56,660 nucleotides of DNA from a virus (IMGVR_UViG_3300020396_000007:1-56660); one strand, 5' to 3'; shown: positions 8,642-17,114, counted from the first letter of the stretch. The notes: generated from the sequence alone by a model not told the origin. Numbers and translations are program-made.

Positions 8642-8688
8642 CCAATGTAGTGTCTATGATACACCATTGTCAACACCTTTCGTTGTCT
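8642..8688 (-). promoter_or_regulatory. Promoter/operator region of the LuxR-int unit
   Basis: TTGACA-N18-TACATT with the 19-bp operator (8647-8665) across the spacer and a 12-bp copy of the attP repeat (8677-8688) just upstream. Confidence 0.6.
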
Positions 8689-8815
8689 AGTGACGCCGAA
8701 TGGGGATCAACCGTATGAAAAACCTCAATAACTTTTTTTATTTTTATGTGAAAACTATGTTGCCATATCGTAATATGCTATACAATTACCAAACGGTTTG
8801 GCTGTCAGCGCCAAG

Positions 8816-9262
8816 CTACTTGTCAGCTTTACGAAGCAATCTAAGGGCACCTTCGATGTCACCAAATCCAAGGTCGTTAGATTTTCTCGCAACCCATTTT
8901 GCATAGGCGTTCCAACAATCTACCATCAATGGCGCGGCCATATGACGGCGATAGCTGTTCGGGTCACGAGATACAGTGAGCCAACCATTGCCTTCTGTCT
9001 CACTGATCATTGTGTCAACAGCGTTCCGACTTATACCAAGTTCTACAACAACCTTACTTGGCGTGATAAAAGTTTCATCAAAGAACGCTCCGATATTTAA
9101 CAAACAAAAATGCCTACGGTTGGAGGTAGACAGTATATATGTCCTCATATCATTATGCGCTGGATCAACAGTTCTTTCTTTACGCAGGTTCGCAAGTTCA
9201 AGAGCGGCTAGGCTTTTCGCGTATGCTACATATAATAGCTGTGCTGTGTCATCATATTCCAT
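8816..9262 (-). CDS. Putative winged-helix regulator (148 aa)
   Basis: ITPSKVVVELGISRNAVDTMISETEGNGWL HTH pattern plus D...RR wing; no SD seen. Confidence 0.6.
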   Translation of the reverse strand: MEYDDTAQLLYVAYAKSLAALELANLRKERTVDPAHNDMRTYILSTSNRRHFCLLNIGAFFDETFITPSKVVVELGISRNAVDTMISETEGNGWLTVSRDPNSYRRHMAAPLMVDCWNAYAKWVARKSNDLGFGDIEGALRLLRKADK

Positions 9263-9298
9263 TCGCGGAAAACTAGACTTTTATTGTCAGGTTTATAC

Positions 9299-9508
9299 CT
9301 ATCCTTTGCAGATCTTTTGGTGCGTTTCGTTATGTACTATGATGTCTTCTAAAAGACCGCGATCATTTCTTTGCAAGTGATTTGCTATATCCGAGCTACC
9401 CATTATCAACGGGGATGTTAGGTCACAATACGTATCACCGCTTATCTTGGCGCACCCAAGGAGCAGCACGGTCAGACAACTCAGTGTCATCAAGGTTGCG
9501 TACTTCAT
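9299..9508 (-). CDS. Outer-membrane spanin (Rz1-like lipoprotein)
   Basis: Signal peptide with lipobox LLGC, additional Cys residues, overlaps 3' end of the i-spanin gene. Confidence 0.75.
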   Translation of the reverse strand: MKYATLMTLSCLTVLLLGCAKISGDTYCDLTSPLIMGSSDIANHLQRNDRGLLEDIIVHNETHQKICKG

Positions 9509-9668
9509 CTGATATTTCCTTTTGATCTGTCATGTTACTGATGCGCTTCTCATCAATGCGCCGTTTGATTTTATCTTGACCTCTTGTGACACCTACGGAG
9601 TAGATGCCGAGTAAGCCGAGTACGAAGGCCGCGCCAATGAGCGCGTAAAGTTGAAGCTTTCCTAACAT
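9435..9668 (-). CDS. Inner-membrane spanin (Rz-like)
   Basis: N-terminal TM helix plus charged helical tail, directly after the endolysin. Confidence 0.7.
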   Translation of the reverse strand: MLGKLQLYALIGAAFVLGLLGIYSVGVTRGQDKIKRRIDEKRISNMTDQKEISDEVRNLDDTELSDRAAPWVRQDKR

Positions 9669-9671
9669 ATC

Positions 9672-10337
9672 TTAGCGCCAACCCGCTGCCCATGACTTTA
9701 GCCGTTCCTTCATAATGTAGAGGCCGAGTAGAATTGTGAGGCCAGCGAAGGCGAGTACAATATACTGCGCTGTTTGATCGAGACCAGAGAGGGCGGCGGT
9801 GGTGGTGCCTACACTGGCGGCAACGGTGGCGGCAGAGGCTTTGACGGTTTTGGATTGAGCGGGGGCGGTGCGTTCTACGGCACGGTTACGTGAGAGATCT
9901 TCGCCACCTAACCATTTTTGTACACGGAACCCAGGGCAAGCCTTAGATGATACTCGGTTGTGCCCGATGACCCTCTTCAAAGGTATGGCGTACTGGCCGC
10001 GTAACTCAGAAATTAGTTTGTATAAAGAGTTAAGTTGTGCAGGTGTGTAGTGTTCCGTTGCAAGATCGTCTGCGTCAGATCCAAACCCACCAATCAAGCA
10101 AATTCCTATATCCTTATTGTGTCCCTTTGCGTGCGCTCCACTATCACCGTACGGCCTACCCTGCACTACAGTTCCATCACGAGCTACGATGGCGTGGTAT
10201 CCGATCATACGCCAGCCGCGCTCTTCACGATGCCAGCGATCTATCTCTTTCATCTGTTCGTTAGGCGTCTTGTCTGCCCACCATCCCTCTTTCGTAGCAG
10301 AACAGTGTACGATGATCCCTTTGTGTGCGACAGTCAT
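9672..10337 (-). CDS. Endolysin, N-acetylmuramoyl-L-alanine amidase (T7-lysozyme-like) with C-terminal hydrophobic helices
   Basis: IIVHCSAT, GW..IGYH, GAHAKG, IGH...KACP zinc-ligand pattern. Confidence 0.92.
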   Translation of the reverse strand: MTVAHKGIIVHCSATKEGWWADKTPNEQMKEIDRWHREERGWRMIGYHAIVARDGTVVQGRPYGDSGAHAKGHNKDIGICLIGGFGSDADDLATEHYTPAQLNSLYKLISELRGQYAIPLKRVIGHNRVSSKACPGFRVQKWLGGEDLSRNRAVERTAPAQSKTVKASAATVAASVGTTTAALSGLDQTAQYIVLAFAGLTILLGLYIMKERLKSWAAGWR

Positions 10338-10672
10338 AGTTTAAATTCCTTGCGTATAGTTGTTGTCTGATTTTCTCGCGTAAAAAATTCAGGATCTATC
10401 TTATATGATATTGGGGGAATGTCGTCCCATGTACGCGCTATGCAAATGTCCACGTCAGTAGCGACGAAGATGAAGACACCTTCGTACGCCTTATCTACTT
10501 GACGATGGTTCAGCTTAAAGCCGTACCGCAGTGTTGAGGATGGTAGGTTGTGATGCAGGGGTCGGGCAGAACTTTTGACCTGTACACAGACCATACTTCC
10601 GTCAGGCTTTCGTACCCACAGATCGTCTCCTGGCAAGTCTACGTGAGTGGTACGCAGGTCGTGCTTCTCCAA
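10334..10672 (-). CDS. PD-(D/E)xK nuclease-like protein; true start unclear
   Basis: DLW...VQVKSS core; in-frame KGRAAEFFAAYIL lies upstream of the listed TTG. Confidence 0.6.
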   Translation of the reverse strand: MEKHDLRTTHVDLPGDDLWVRKPDGSMVCVQVKSSARPLHHNLPSSTLRYGFKLNHRQVDKAYEGVFIFVATDVDICIARTWDDIPPISYKIDPEFFTRENQTTTIRKEFKL

Positions 10673-10732
10673 AATATAAGCCGCGAAAAATTCGGCGGCT
10701 CGTCCTTTGTAAATGTTTTGTTTATTGCTGAT

Positions 10733-11008
10733 TTATCTTGTACGCAAAAGGTTCTCTAAATGTGAGATGGTGACTTTGGCCGCGCTTAAATCTGATCGAA
10801 GCTCTGCGATCTCCCCTAGTAAATGTTCTATCTGTCCAGTCTTGTCGTCCAATTTCTCAGACAAACGATCCACTTGGTACTTCAAAGTGGCCTGATACTC
10901 TTGAGCAGCGTTCGTTTTTGTTTTCTCCCTCATGCTTATAAACGACCAGAACCCTGCTGAACCGATTAGCGCGACTGCCAATGTCAGTATATGTTCAAGA
11001 CCCATCAC
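10733..11008 (-). CDS. Holin-like membrane protein with coiled coil (91 aa)
   Basis: One N-terminal TM segment, heptad-rich tail, Met-Met start, lysis context. Confidence 0.55.
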   Translation of the reverse strand: MMGLEHILTLAVALIGSAGFWSFISMREKTKTNAAQEYQATLKYQVDRLSEKLDDKTGQIEHLLGEIAELRSDLSAAKVTISHLENLLRTR

Positions 11009-11241
11009 TTGTTTTCAACACTGCGTGGTGGAGCCTCAAAGGCGTAACCACTCAGTAACTTCCGCGTATCTTTATCCACCTGTATTTCCCTCTTACATTG
11101 CATCCCGTACGGTGCGACTGCTGCGACTGCGTAAGTACCACCCTTATCATCGGGACAATGAAACTCGCATACCGTTACAACGGTAGCTACGTTATGTATG
11201 AACATCGACGTAACGAATATACCAGCCGCCAAACATGTCAC
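11005..11241 (-). CDS. Hypothetical Cys-containing protein (78 aa)
   Basis: Coupled by 4-nt overlaps to both neighbours. Confidence 0.6.
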   Translation of the reverse strand: MTCLAAGIFVTSMFIHNVATVVTVCEFHCPDDKGGTYAVAAVAPYGMQCKREIQVDKDTRKLLSGYAFEAPPRSVENK

Positions 11242-11714
11242 GAGAATATACCTTTATTATTATAGGCCCACGTCACCAAGAAGTAGATGGCACCCAGAAG
11301 TAATAGGCTGCCAACTGCTGCGGCAGTACCGTTGAGTATAGCCATACGTGCTTGCTCTTTTTCTTCAGCCTCTTTCTTCTTACGTACGCGTTCTTTACCG
11401 CACCAACTTACCCAATCCCCGTACAGTCCTGGTCTCCCATACAACTGCATGTGTGACTTCATTTCTTTGCGCTGCTGGTTCATTTTTTCTAGCGCCATAA
11501 ACTCATCAATTCCGTCTGCGTTTTTTCCAAACGCCTTTCTCCACACGTTCTTTTCTTTAGAGTTCCCTTGGGCTTTAAGGGTTTCTTCCGCTGTCATTAT
11601 CTTGCCGAGAGCGCCAGCCATATCAGTGACTTCTCTACCATTCTCAACCATTTTTTTTATCGTGGCATATCCAGCATTTGCTGCACTTACCAACGCCAAA
11701 GTTTCAGCTAACAC
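11238..11714 (-). CDS. Hypothetical membrane-anchored protein (158 aa)
   Basis: AAAGGA SD plus GTG; helical body with C-terminal TM helix. Confidence 0.8.
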   Translation of the reverse strand: MLAETLALVSAANAGYATIKKMVENGREVTDMAGALGKIMTAEETLKAQGNSKEKNVWRKAFGKNADGIDEFMALEKMNQQRKEMKSHMQLYGRPGLYGDWVSWCGKERVRKKKEAEEKEQARMAILNGTAAAVGSLLLLGAIYFLVTWAYNNKGIFS

Positions 11715-11750
11715 TGACTTGTCCTTTCTCGCGGGTGAAGCTGATGTTGA

Positions 11751-11873
11751 TTACTTGCTGCGTCGAACAACGCCGCCTTTGGTTATAGTTGTACGTGGTG
11801 TACGTATAACCTTTTGGTACGCCTTCTTAGCAGCGCGACCTCGTTTTGAATTTGAGCTTGGTTTGCGTCTCAT
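11751..11873 (-). CDS. 40-aa Arg/Lys-rich peptide (not in ORF track)
   Basis: MRRKPSSNSKRGRAAKKAYQKVIRTPRTTITKGGVVRRSK; ATG lies 7 nt after a candidate -10 of the GGACGAC promoter class. Confidence 0.6.
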   Translation of the reverse strand: MRRKPSSNSKRGRAAKKAYQKVIRTPRTTITKGGVVRRSK

Positions 11874-11901
11874 ACCGTAGAAGATACGGATAGTTGCTAT
11901 G

Positions 11902-12300
11902 CTAGTCGTCCCTTGTAGAAGATTGCATCAAACCTTTTTGTAGCAGGAGAGCGGTGTACATTTCTCGCCAATCTTTTAGCCGCATGATCACGTAGCTATC
12001 TTTAAGCTCTTCTCTATTGCGTCGAGTAATTACCACTGGCTTTTCTGGGGAGCCTGTTGTTTTAATGTTTCGCTCTGCTTGCGCCATTGCGTCACGAAAA
12101 CTTAATCTCTCTACCCGCTTGGCCTCGATGAAAATCTCAGGCGTACCAAGTATGTCGGCCCCGCCTGACTGCGTACCAATAAAACCGCCACCAGATAAAG
12201 GTGCCCTTTGGCACCTGTTCTCGTTAAAGATGTGATCGTTAAACCAAGCGGCCAAGTCGCGTTCGTACTTGTCACCTTTGGATTTCTGAGGGTTGCCCAC
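11902..12300 (-). CDS. Holliday junction resolvase-like PD-(D/E)xK nuclease
   Basis: KGDKYERDLA, RAPLSG, GADI, IEAKRVE; GTG at 12300 after GGAG. Confidence 0.8.
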   Translation of the reverse strand: MGNPQKSKGDKYERDLAAWFNDHIFNENRCQRAPLSGGGFIGTQSGGADILGTPEIFIEAKRVERLSFRDAMAQAERNIKTTGSPEKPVVITRRNREELKDSYVIMRLKDWREMYTALLLQKGLMQSSTRDD

Positions 12301-12301
12301 G

Positions 12302-12670
12302 TTAGTCTCCCTTGAGTATAAAATCTGGTAGCTCAAGCGTTTTTGGCTTTCGATGTCTTAGTTCTTCTTCATCACAGAATACACGAGAAGCGTCAGCCTC
12401 TCTGTCGTGACACGCTTCGCACTTGAATTGTTGTTTGGCTCTGGCCTTCGTACACCCACAGCTAATACAAGGCCGCCGCCATTTAGGTGGAGACGGCTTG
12501 ATTTGGTATTTGGCCCCTGGAAAATACTGAAGGTTTAATCGCATCAGTATTCTTTTAATTGTGTCTACGCAGACTGAGTACCTGTCTGCTAAATATTTGT
12601 GTGAATGTTGCTCGTGATTTCCTTTTAGCCAATCAATCTCCAAAGCAGTGAGCTTTGTTTTCCTTGACAT
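12302..12670 (-). CDS. HTH plus zinc-ribbon protein
   Basis: LADRYSVCVDTIKRILMRL HTH; CISC..CEAC; start uncertain (12670-12739). Confidence 0.7.
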   Translation of the reverse strand: MSRKTKLTALEIDWLKGNHEQHSHKYLADRYSVCVDTIKRILMRLNLQYFPGAKYQIKPSPPKWRRPCISCGCTKARAKQQFKCEACHDREADASRVFCDEEELRHRKPKTLELPDFILKGD

Positions 12671-12787
12671 CGCTGCGCTAATTGCCTGTTCTGTTCTAAT
12701 TTTCCGCATGAACATGTAACGTCTATACCACATACACAACTTTTGTAAACTTTTGGTCTGTAAATGTATTGACTTTTTAGCGAAAAG

Positions 12788-12881
12788 CGGTAAACTCTGA
12801 AGCGTTTACAGCGGCCGAAGGCGAACGCGACACCGCCACAGCGGTGTTGCGTGAGAGCGGAGAACGGAGAAGAGTTTACCG
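12788..12881 (+). other. Nested stem-loop element, candidate replication origin or small RNA
   Basis: CGGTAAACTCT/AGAGTTTACCG outer stem enclosing GCC-GAA-GGC and a 12-bp ACGCGACACCGC/GCGGTGTTGCGT hairpin; AT-rich flanks. Confidence 0.5.
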
Positions 12882-12931
12882 AAATCTACGTGAACGAAAA
12901 ATTCAAAAAAAATTTGTACGCACGTACCGTT

Positions 12932-14857
12932 TTAGCTGTTGGAGATCCTAGATGAAGCTAAAGTTTCCCTTAGTTCTGCTGTCCATTCTCTTACTGTCGG
13001 GATGCCTCGCCCTACCCGATCAGAGATCTCTTGATCCGACAGAGGACTACGTGGTGCGCCCGAAGCATCGACCCAAGGTTTAGCAAAACTTATAGCTCTT
13101 TGCTTGGCAGTTCGGGGGCTGATTATCCTGACAGTCTCAGTATCTGGATCGCCAACAAAGGCGATGTTATAGACTGGCTCGTGTGCATCTGACCATTCAC
13201 GAACCTTACCAAACCTGACCTGCATCATAACCTCTATACGCTCACCCGATGGTACGAGAGAAGATTGGATGTCAGCGAATGGGCTACTTGGGAGATCACC
13301 TTCGTATAGACCTGCTTTAACTTCTGCTGTCTCTTTGTCCCAAAACACTTGAGTAACTTTCATCTGGGTTTCTAGCACAGTCAACTGGTTGCTTGACCCC
13401 GCTTCTCGACCTGATGCAGTACCCTCGCTTGGTTTGTTTGAGTGATGCAGTAACCACACGACAAGGCCAGCATTGCGTAGCTTTAAGCAAAGTTGATTTA
13501 TGTACGACCACTGTTCCGCAGAGTTCTCTTGAAGGCCAGGAAAGGCCGAGCGTATCGTGTCAATTACTATGTGCGTAGGGTTCGTAGACTTGATCCATCT
13601 CTCAAAGTTTTTGATCCCTGCGTCTGTCAGTAAGTTCATGTCGCGCTCGTCATGGAACGGTGCCCAGATCATAAAGTCGTCACCAGCATCACCGAAGCTG
13701 CGCTTGGAACGATCCAGAAAATTAGCTACGTTGGCACGAGAGTTTTCGAAATCAAAGTAGAGAACCCTTGATCTAGCGTTCAAATCGAATGGGCCAAAGC
13801 GCTGCTCACCAGAGCAAGCGCTGTACAATAGGTTGCGTACGAACATAGACTTTCCGTGTCCGCTGTACCCAAAGACTTGTATGATAGTTCCGCTTGTTGG
13901 AACAATAGGATCGATGTAAAACTTAATGTTATCTACGTATGCTCTTAGCTCATCCAAAGATGCCGTAGTGATAGGCTTAAAGTCAGAAGGTTTATACGTG
14001 GGCACAGGCTCGGCTTCTAATCCTGCGTTCCGTATCTCATTTGCTTCGGCACGTTCGCACATCTCACCAACCTTCTCGATTGGATTTTGAAAGAACGCTT
14101 CCATAAAGCGGTGCGCCCCATCAAGAAGATCCTGACCACGTTCGCCACTTCCAGCGAGTGAGCTTATATACTTATATAGTCTATCGTCTCTTCCGTTGCT
14201 GCCCCCATCAGGAAGCTTGAAGCCAAGTCGATCAATTAACTTTTGGGTGCGTTCCCATATAGGAAGGTGTACTTCTACATGCTCAAGTGACATGCCCTCA
14301 AGCCGCCACGTTGCAAAGTCTACGACATTGCTTGCCGTTATCTTTTTAACTATTGGCTTTACATAAACAGGTACATCATCAAGGTCATGTCCTTGCACTA
14401 TATCCCATGTGTAATTCGCAGACGGTGGCGCGACACAGTATCCCTTACTGCCACGCAAGTCTAAGCCATCTATGATCGGCCATTCGACACCATCGCCAAC
14501 AATCCCTGCCCTGTTCTTTATCCAATCAGAGCCTTCGGGAAAGCTATAGTAGTAGTGATAGCCCTTCTTAGTACGCACCCGCACAGGAGACTTAGTAAGA
14601 CCGTAGCTTTCAGCCGCGTCCATCGCCGCTTGATTGTCACAGTCAACTATAACAAGGTTAGATAATTCACCAGACAGAACAGCTACAGAAGCATCAGGCC
14701 ACTTAGTAAACCAACCGATTACTTCATCTTCAGAGGGTAGCGTTTTACTATCTACGTACTTACCCCACTTTACTGCTGGTACTTTTTCTCCCTTCCTTAT
14801 TGGTATTATCGCCCAACCCCTGTCCAAATATTCTAGTGCCGCGTCTAGTGTGTTCAT
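12932..14857 (-). CDS. Bifunctional primase-polymerase (Prim-Pol) fused to a RecA-like (AAA_25) helicase
   Basis: ALEYLDRGWAIIPI, LVIVDCD, T.KGYHYYY, DLRG..GYCVAPPS; Walker A GYSGHGKS, IVIDT, LHHSNK; GGAG SD before 14857. Confidence 0.92.
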   Translation of the reverse strand: MNTLDAALEYLDRGWAIIPIRKGEKVPAVKWGKYVDSKTLPSEDEVIGWFTKWPDASVAVLSGELSNLVIVDCDNQAAMDAAESYGLTKSPVRVRTKKGYHYYYSFPEGSDWIKNRAGIVGDGVEWPIIDGLDLRGSKGYCVAPPSANYTWDIVQGHDLDDVPVYVKPIVKKITASNVVDFATWRLEGMSLEHVEVHLPIWERTQKLIDRLGFKLPDGGSNGRDDRLYKYISSLAGSGERGQDLLDGAHRFMEAFFQNPIEKVGEMCERAEANEIRNAGLEAEPVPTYKPSDFKPITTASLDELRAYVDNIKFYIDPIVPTSGTIIQVFGYSGHGKSMFVRNLLYSACSGEQRFGPFDLNARSRVLYFDFENSRANVANFLDRSKRSFGDAGDDFMIWAPFHDERDMNLLTDAGIKNFERWIKSTNPTHIVIDTIRSAFPGLQENSAEQWSYINQLCLKLRNAGLVVWLLHHSNKPSEGTASGREAGSSNQLTVLETQMKVTQVFWDKETAEVKAGLYEGDLPSSPFADIQSSLVPSGERIEVMMQVRFGKVREWSDAHEPVYNIAFVGDPDTETVRIISPRTAKQRAISFAKPWVDASGAPRSPLSDQEISDRVGRGIPTVREWTAELRETLASSRISNS

Positions 14858-15047
14858 CTTTGATCTCCGTGAAGTATTGATCGAGCCTGACATGAGGCCA
14901 AGTCTCTTTGATTTTTGACAAGTAAATGGAGCTTACAAAGTTTCTCTTCACCCATCCGTACGGAGTGGTGCGGCAGATACCTAGTGACCTGGCTACGTTC
15001 GGTACGCCACCCAAGTCATCAAGAAGTTTCTGTATATTAAAGTGCAT
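14760..15047 (-). CDS. Cro/YdaS-like HTH protein
   Basis: LLDDLGGVPNVARSLGICRTTPYGW pattern; sits at the divergent promoter; tail overlaps prim-pol start by ~98 nt. Confidence 0.75.
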   Translation of the reverse strand: MHFNIQKLLDDLGGVPNVARSLGICRTTPYGWVKRNFVSSIYLSKIKETWPHVRLDQYFTEIKDEHTRRGTRIFGQGLGDNTNKEGRKSTSSKVG

Positions 15048-15062
15048 TTGTAATTTTTCCTC

Positions 15063-15095
15063 TTGCATTGCAAAAGGATGTATCATATACACTAC
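15063..15095 (+). promoter_or_regulatory. Sigma70-type promoter of the recombination operon with 19-bp operator
   Basis: TTGCAT-N17-TATACA; GATGTATCATATACACTAC at 15077-15095. Confidence 0.7.
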
Positions 15096-15149
15096 TTTAA
15101 CACAACCTATGATCTGTAAAAAGATCATCAATTTTCAAGGATCACGCTC

Positions 15150-15611
15150 ATGGACGATGAATACGGGGTTATATTCGGTGACAATGTTTTACCCTTAAAC
15201 CCACCTATAAGAAAAGATCAGCGACTTTATGAAGTAGCATGTGAATACGCCGAAGCAGACCGAAAGGTTGAGTATTGGAAAGAGATTGCCAGCTACCATA
15301 AAGAACAACTGCTAAGTGATTTGCCGCAAGATGTTGGCGAACACGAAGTCAAAGCCCACAATGATATGGGTCTGGAAATAACCCTACACGTCAGGGTTCC
15401 TGAGAAATGGACGTGGAATAAAAAGTTAGTAAAAGAAATATGCTCGGCTCAAATGTCAAACGCCCATGCGTTGCCCGACTGTATCTCCACCAACTTCACT
15501 GTCGATAGAAAGAAGTTCGAAACTGCAAGCCCAGATGTACAGGACGCATTAAGACCTGCGCTTACTATCGAGCGCGGCTTGCCAAGCATAAAGGTTAAAT
15601 TACTTACATGA
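15150..15611 (+). CDS. Hypothetical protein preceding Sak4 (153 aa)
   Basis: AAGGA SD; ATGA-coupled to the next gene. Confidence 0.8.
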   Translation: MDDEYGVIFGDNVLPLNPPIRKDQRLYEVACEYAEADRKVEYWKEIASYHKEQLLSDLPQDVGEHEVKAHNDMGLEITLHVRVPEKWTWNKKLVKEICSAQMSNAHALPDCISTNFTVDRKKFETASPDVQDALRPALTIERGLPSIKVKLLT

Positions 15612-16378
15612 AAATTACACCGCTTAAAACAAACGACACATCAATATCCTCTGCCTCTAAGACATTGGTGTATGGTCCGCATGGATCGGGCAAGACAACG
15701 CAGTGTGCAAACATGGCGCACCGCTACGGCAAAGGTCTGATCTTATCAGGTGAGAGTGGGCTTAGTTCTATTTCTGATATGGAGATAGACTACCTACCCT
15801 TTTCTACCTTTGACCGCCCTGCCAAGGATGGTCAGTATTCTTTTCGTCAACTGATGGAGTACATTAACTCCGACGAATGTAAGAAAGAGAAGTACAAATG
15901 GATTGCGATAGATAGCGCAACCGAACTCAGCCAAAAATGTTTTGCTGATGTAGAGCAAGAGCTATCGGGAAGCACTAACGGATTTGAAAAGTGGGGCTTG
16001 TATGAGCGCAAGATAACCTTCGCTCTCAAGTGGGTACGTGATCTGCCTATGCACGTTTTGATCACGGCTCTCGCGGCTGAAGAGGACGACGATAACGGAA
16101 TGACTAACTACTGGCCCATGATGGTGCAGAAGAAAGTTCAAAAACTTATACCCGCTCTCTACGATAATGTGTTTGCCCTTGTCCGCAAGACCTCAGACCA
16201 GAACGGAAAGATAGCCGTACGAAGGTACTTGGTATGCGATCAGGTCAACGGTTGGCACGGCAAGACCCGTGATCCACATCGCCGCCTTCAACCTTTTGAA
16301 GAGTGTGATGACATCACAGTTCTGCTTGAGCGCATCTACATGAGCGAAGAGCAGTGGAATAAGGGGAAGGACAAGTGA
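15608..16378 (+). CDS. Sak4-like ssDNA-annealing ATPase (AAA_24)
   Basis: LVYGPHGSGKTT, WIAIDSATEL, HVLITA, GKTR; next to SSB-like and exonuclease genes. Confidence 0.88.
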   Translation: MKITPLKTNDTSISSASKTLVYGPHGSGKTTQCANMAHRYGKGLILSGESGLSSISDMEIDYLPFSTFDRPAKDGQYSFRQLMEYINSDECKKEKYKWIAIDSATELSQKCFADVEQELSGSTNGFEKWGLYERKITFALKWVRDLPMHVLITALAAEEDDDNGMTNYWPMMVQKKVQKLIPALYDNVFALVRKTSDQNGKIAVRRYLVCDQVNGWHGKTRDPHRRLQPFEECDDITVLLERIYMSEEQWNKGKDK

Positions 16379-16656
16379 TGGCTGACGAACCGTTGGTTAT
16401 CAATCAGTTCAAGTGGTGCATCAAGTCCAACGTAGATGGTGGGTCTTGGTTATCACAGCACGGTGAGTGGTGTGAGAAAGAAAGCGCGGGTTTCTGGACC
16501 GACGATGATCACAAAATGGCGGCACCATTCTACGCGAACGATGCCGATACTGCACGAACCGCACGATGGGTGCCGATATACGATTACATGCGGCACATGT
16601 CCGAGTTTGACGATTTAGGTAACTATAAAAACTTTAAAAGAAAGATCAAAAAATGA
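16375..16656 (+). CDS. Hypothetical Trp-rich protein (93 aa)
   Basis: Coupled to both neighbours; AAGGA SD. Confidence 0.7.
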   Translation: MMADEPLVINQFKWCIKSNVDGGSWLSQHGEWCEKESAGFWTDDDHKMAAPFYANDADTARTARWVPIYDYMRHMSEFDDLGNYKNFKRKIKK

Positions 16657-17111
16657 GTGGATTTATGGGATTAGTGGGGCTTGATTTATCAGGCGTTGCA
16701 GTAAAATCAGGCCAGAGTATTCTGGATGTTGGCTTGCACGATGTTAAAATTATGGACGCCAAGGTTGTCCGTAACGACACGAAGAAGATGGCACAGCTTG
16801 AAGTATCGTACGCCAACGATGATGGTAAGATTACACAGTGGATCATTGTCTACTATGAGGGTCACAACCAAGCTGTTGAAATCGGACACAGGCAGGTCAA
16901 AGAAATATTACTTGCAATGGGTCACGATGGAAATGAGTTTCCTGAGTTCGATGTACTCAAGGGTAAGAACGTATCAATACGCGTAGGCACTGAAACCTAC
17001 AATGGAAACACAAACAAACGTGTGAAGTATGTTAACCCACCCAGAGGTAAGCAAGCAGAAGGCGATGATGCTGACGCTGCAAAACCTTTGGATGATGAGA
17101 TCCCATTTTAG
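16653..17111 (+). CDS. SSB-like protein (DUF669 type)
   Basis: OB-like beta pattern and C-terminal DDEIPF tail. Confidence 0.8.
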   Translation: MSGFMGLVGLDLSGVAVKSGQSILDVGLHDVKIMDAKVVRNDTKKMAQLEVSYANDDGKITQWIIVYYEGHNQAVEIGHRQVKEILLAMGHDGNEFPEFDVLKGKNVSIRVGTETYNGNTNKRVKYVNPPRGKQAEGDDADAAKPLDDEIPF

Positions 17112-17114
17112 ACC

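Noticed and set aside
644-9292. AACCTGACAA shared by 644-653 (+) and 9283-9292 (-)
   Set aside because: Only 10 bp with two copies and no consistent position; could be chance.
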